Source: Fonticula alba ATCC 38817 (taxonomy: Eukaryota > Protista > Nucleariida). From it: a DNA stretch of 16,907 nucleotides. Location of the stretch: NCBI GenBank assembly GCA_000388065.2, contig KB932203.1; one strand, 5' to 3'. Below, in pieces: positions 16,626 to 16,907 of the stretch. Both the position numbers and the translations under genes were made by a program. The notes under the pieces were generated by a model that worked only from the letters and a program-made list of their open reading frames with translations, did not search any database and was not told the origin of the DNA. Numbering within the stretch: the stretch's first letter is position 1; the number at the start of each line of letters is the position of its first letter.

Positions 16626-16797
16626 TCATGTGCCAACGGAGTACCATCCACCGTCAGCCGCGCGCCCCTCCACGTGCGACCGGATGTCCTCCGGGCGACG
16701 GGGAGGCCCTTGCCGGGCCGAGGGGCGGACGGCGGGTACGGATGGGGGAGTTCCTTGGCATCTTGGCCCCCCAAAAGAGCACGCTGGTGGGCTAGGA
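16626..16797 (-). other. Possible last exon of a convergent minus-strand gene lying beyond the window
   Basis: The minus strand shows a pyrimidine tract ending in CCCCACGCAG (AG at 16799-16798) with branch-like motifs upstream. The reading frame cannot be fixed: it may be an immediate TCC TAG stop, or an ORF ending ...EGRAADGGWYSVGT* at 16626. Confidence 0.25.
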
Positions 16798-16880
16798 CTG
16801 CGTGGGGAGGGAGGCAGCACAGGGGGCTTGCGAGGCCTGGCGGTCAATGGCCAACAGAGCGGATGATTAGCGCCGGGGTG

Positions 16881-16907
16881 CGGCGGCGGCGGCGGCGGCG
16901 GCGGCGG
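16881..16907. repeat. (CGG)n trinucleotide repeat running to the window end
   Basis: Directly visible, 9 units. Confidence 0.9.

Overview
GC-rich, intron-rich eukaryotic genomic DNA from a gapped short-read draft assembly. Splice donors are mostly GTGCGT/GTGCGC/GTACGT and introns carry long C/CT tracts. This style suggests a unicellular opisthokont such as Fonticula alba (inference, not verified). Four genes can be reconstructed by hand. (1) CTU1/NCS6, cytoplasmic tRNA 2-thiolation protein 1: minus strand, 7 exons, 363 aa. (2) RPLP0, 60S acidic ribosomal protein P0: plus strand, intronless CDS, head-to-head with CTU1. (3) A large plus-strand gene (at least 1765 aa) encoding ribonuclease-inhibitor-type LRRs followed by a U-box; its C-terminus is lost in a 935-N gap. 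(4) The 5' half of a tRNA dimethylallyltransferase (MiaA/IPT family) with a predicted mitochondrial presequence. The strongest biological lead is the LRR-U-box gene. All 14 LRR-region introns are phase 1 and sit at nearly the same repeat position, so every LRR exon is an in-frame cassette (three are exactly 84 nt). The two apparent tandem duplications and frameshifts at 11.7-12.5 kb are assembly artefacts, each joined by an Illumina adapter fragment. No rRNA, tRNA, CRISPR array or transposon could be supported.
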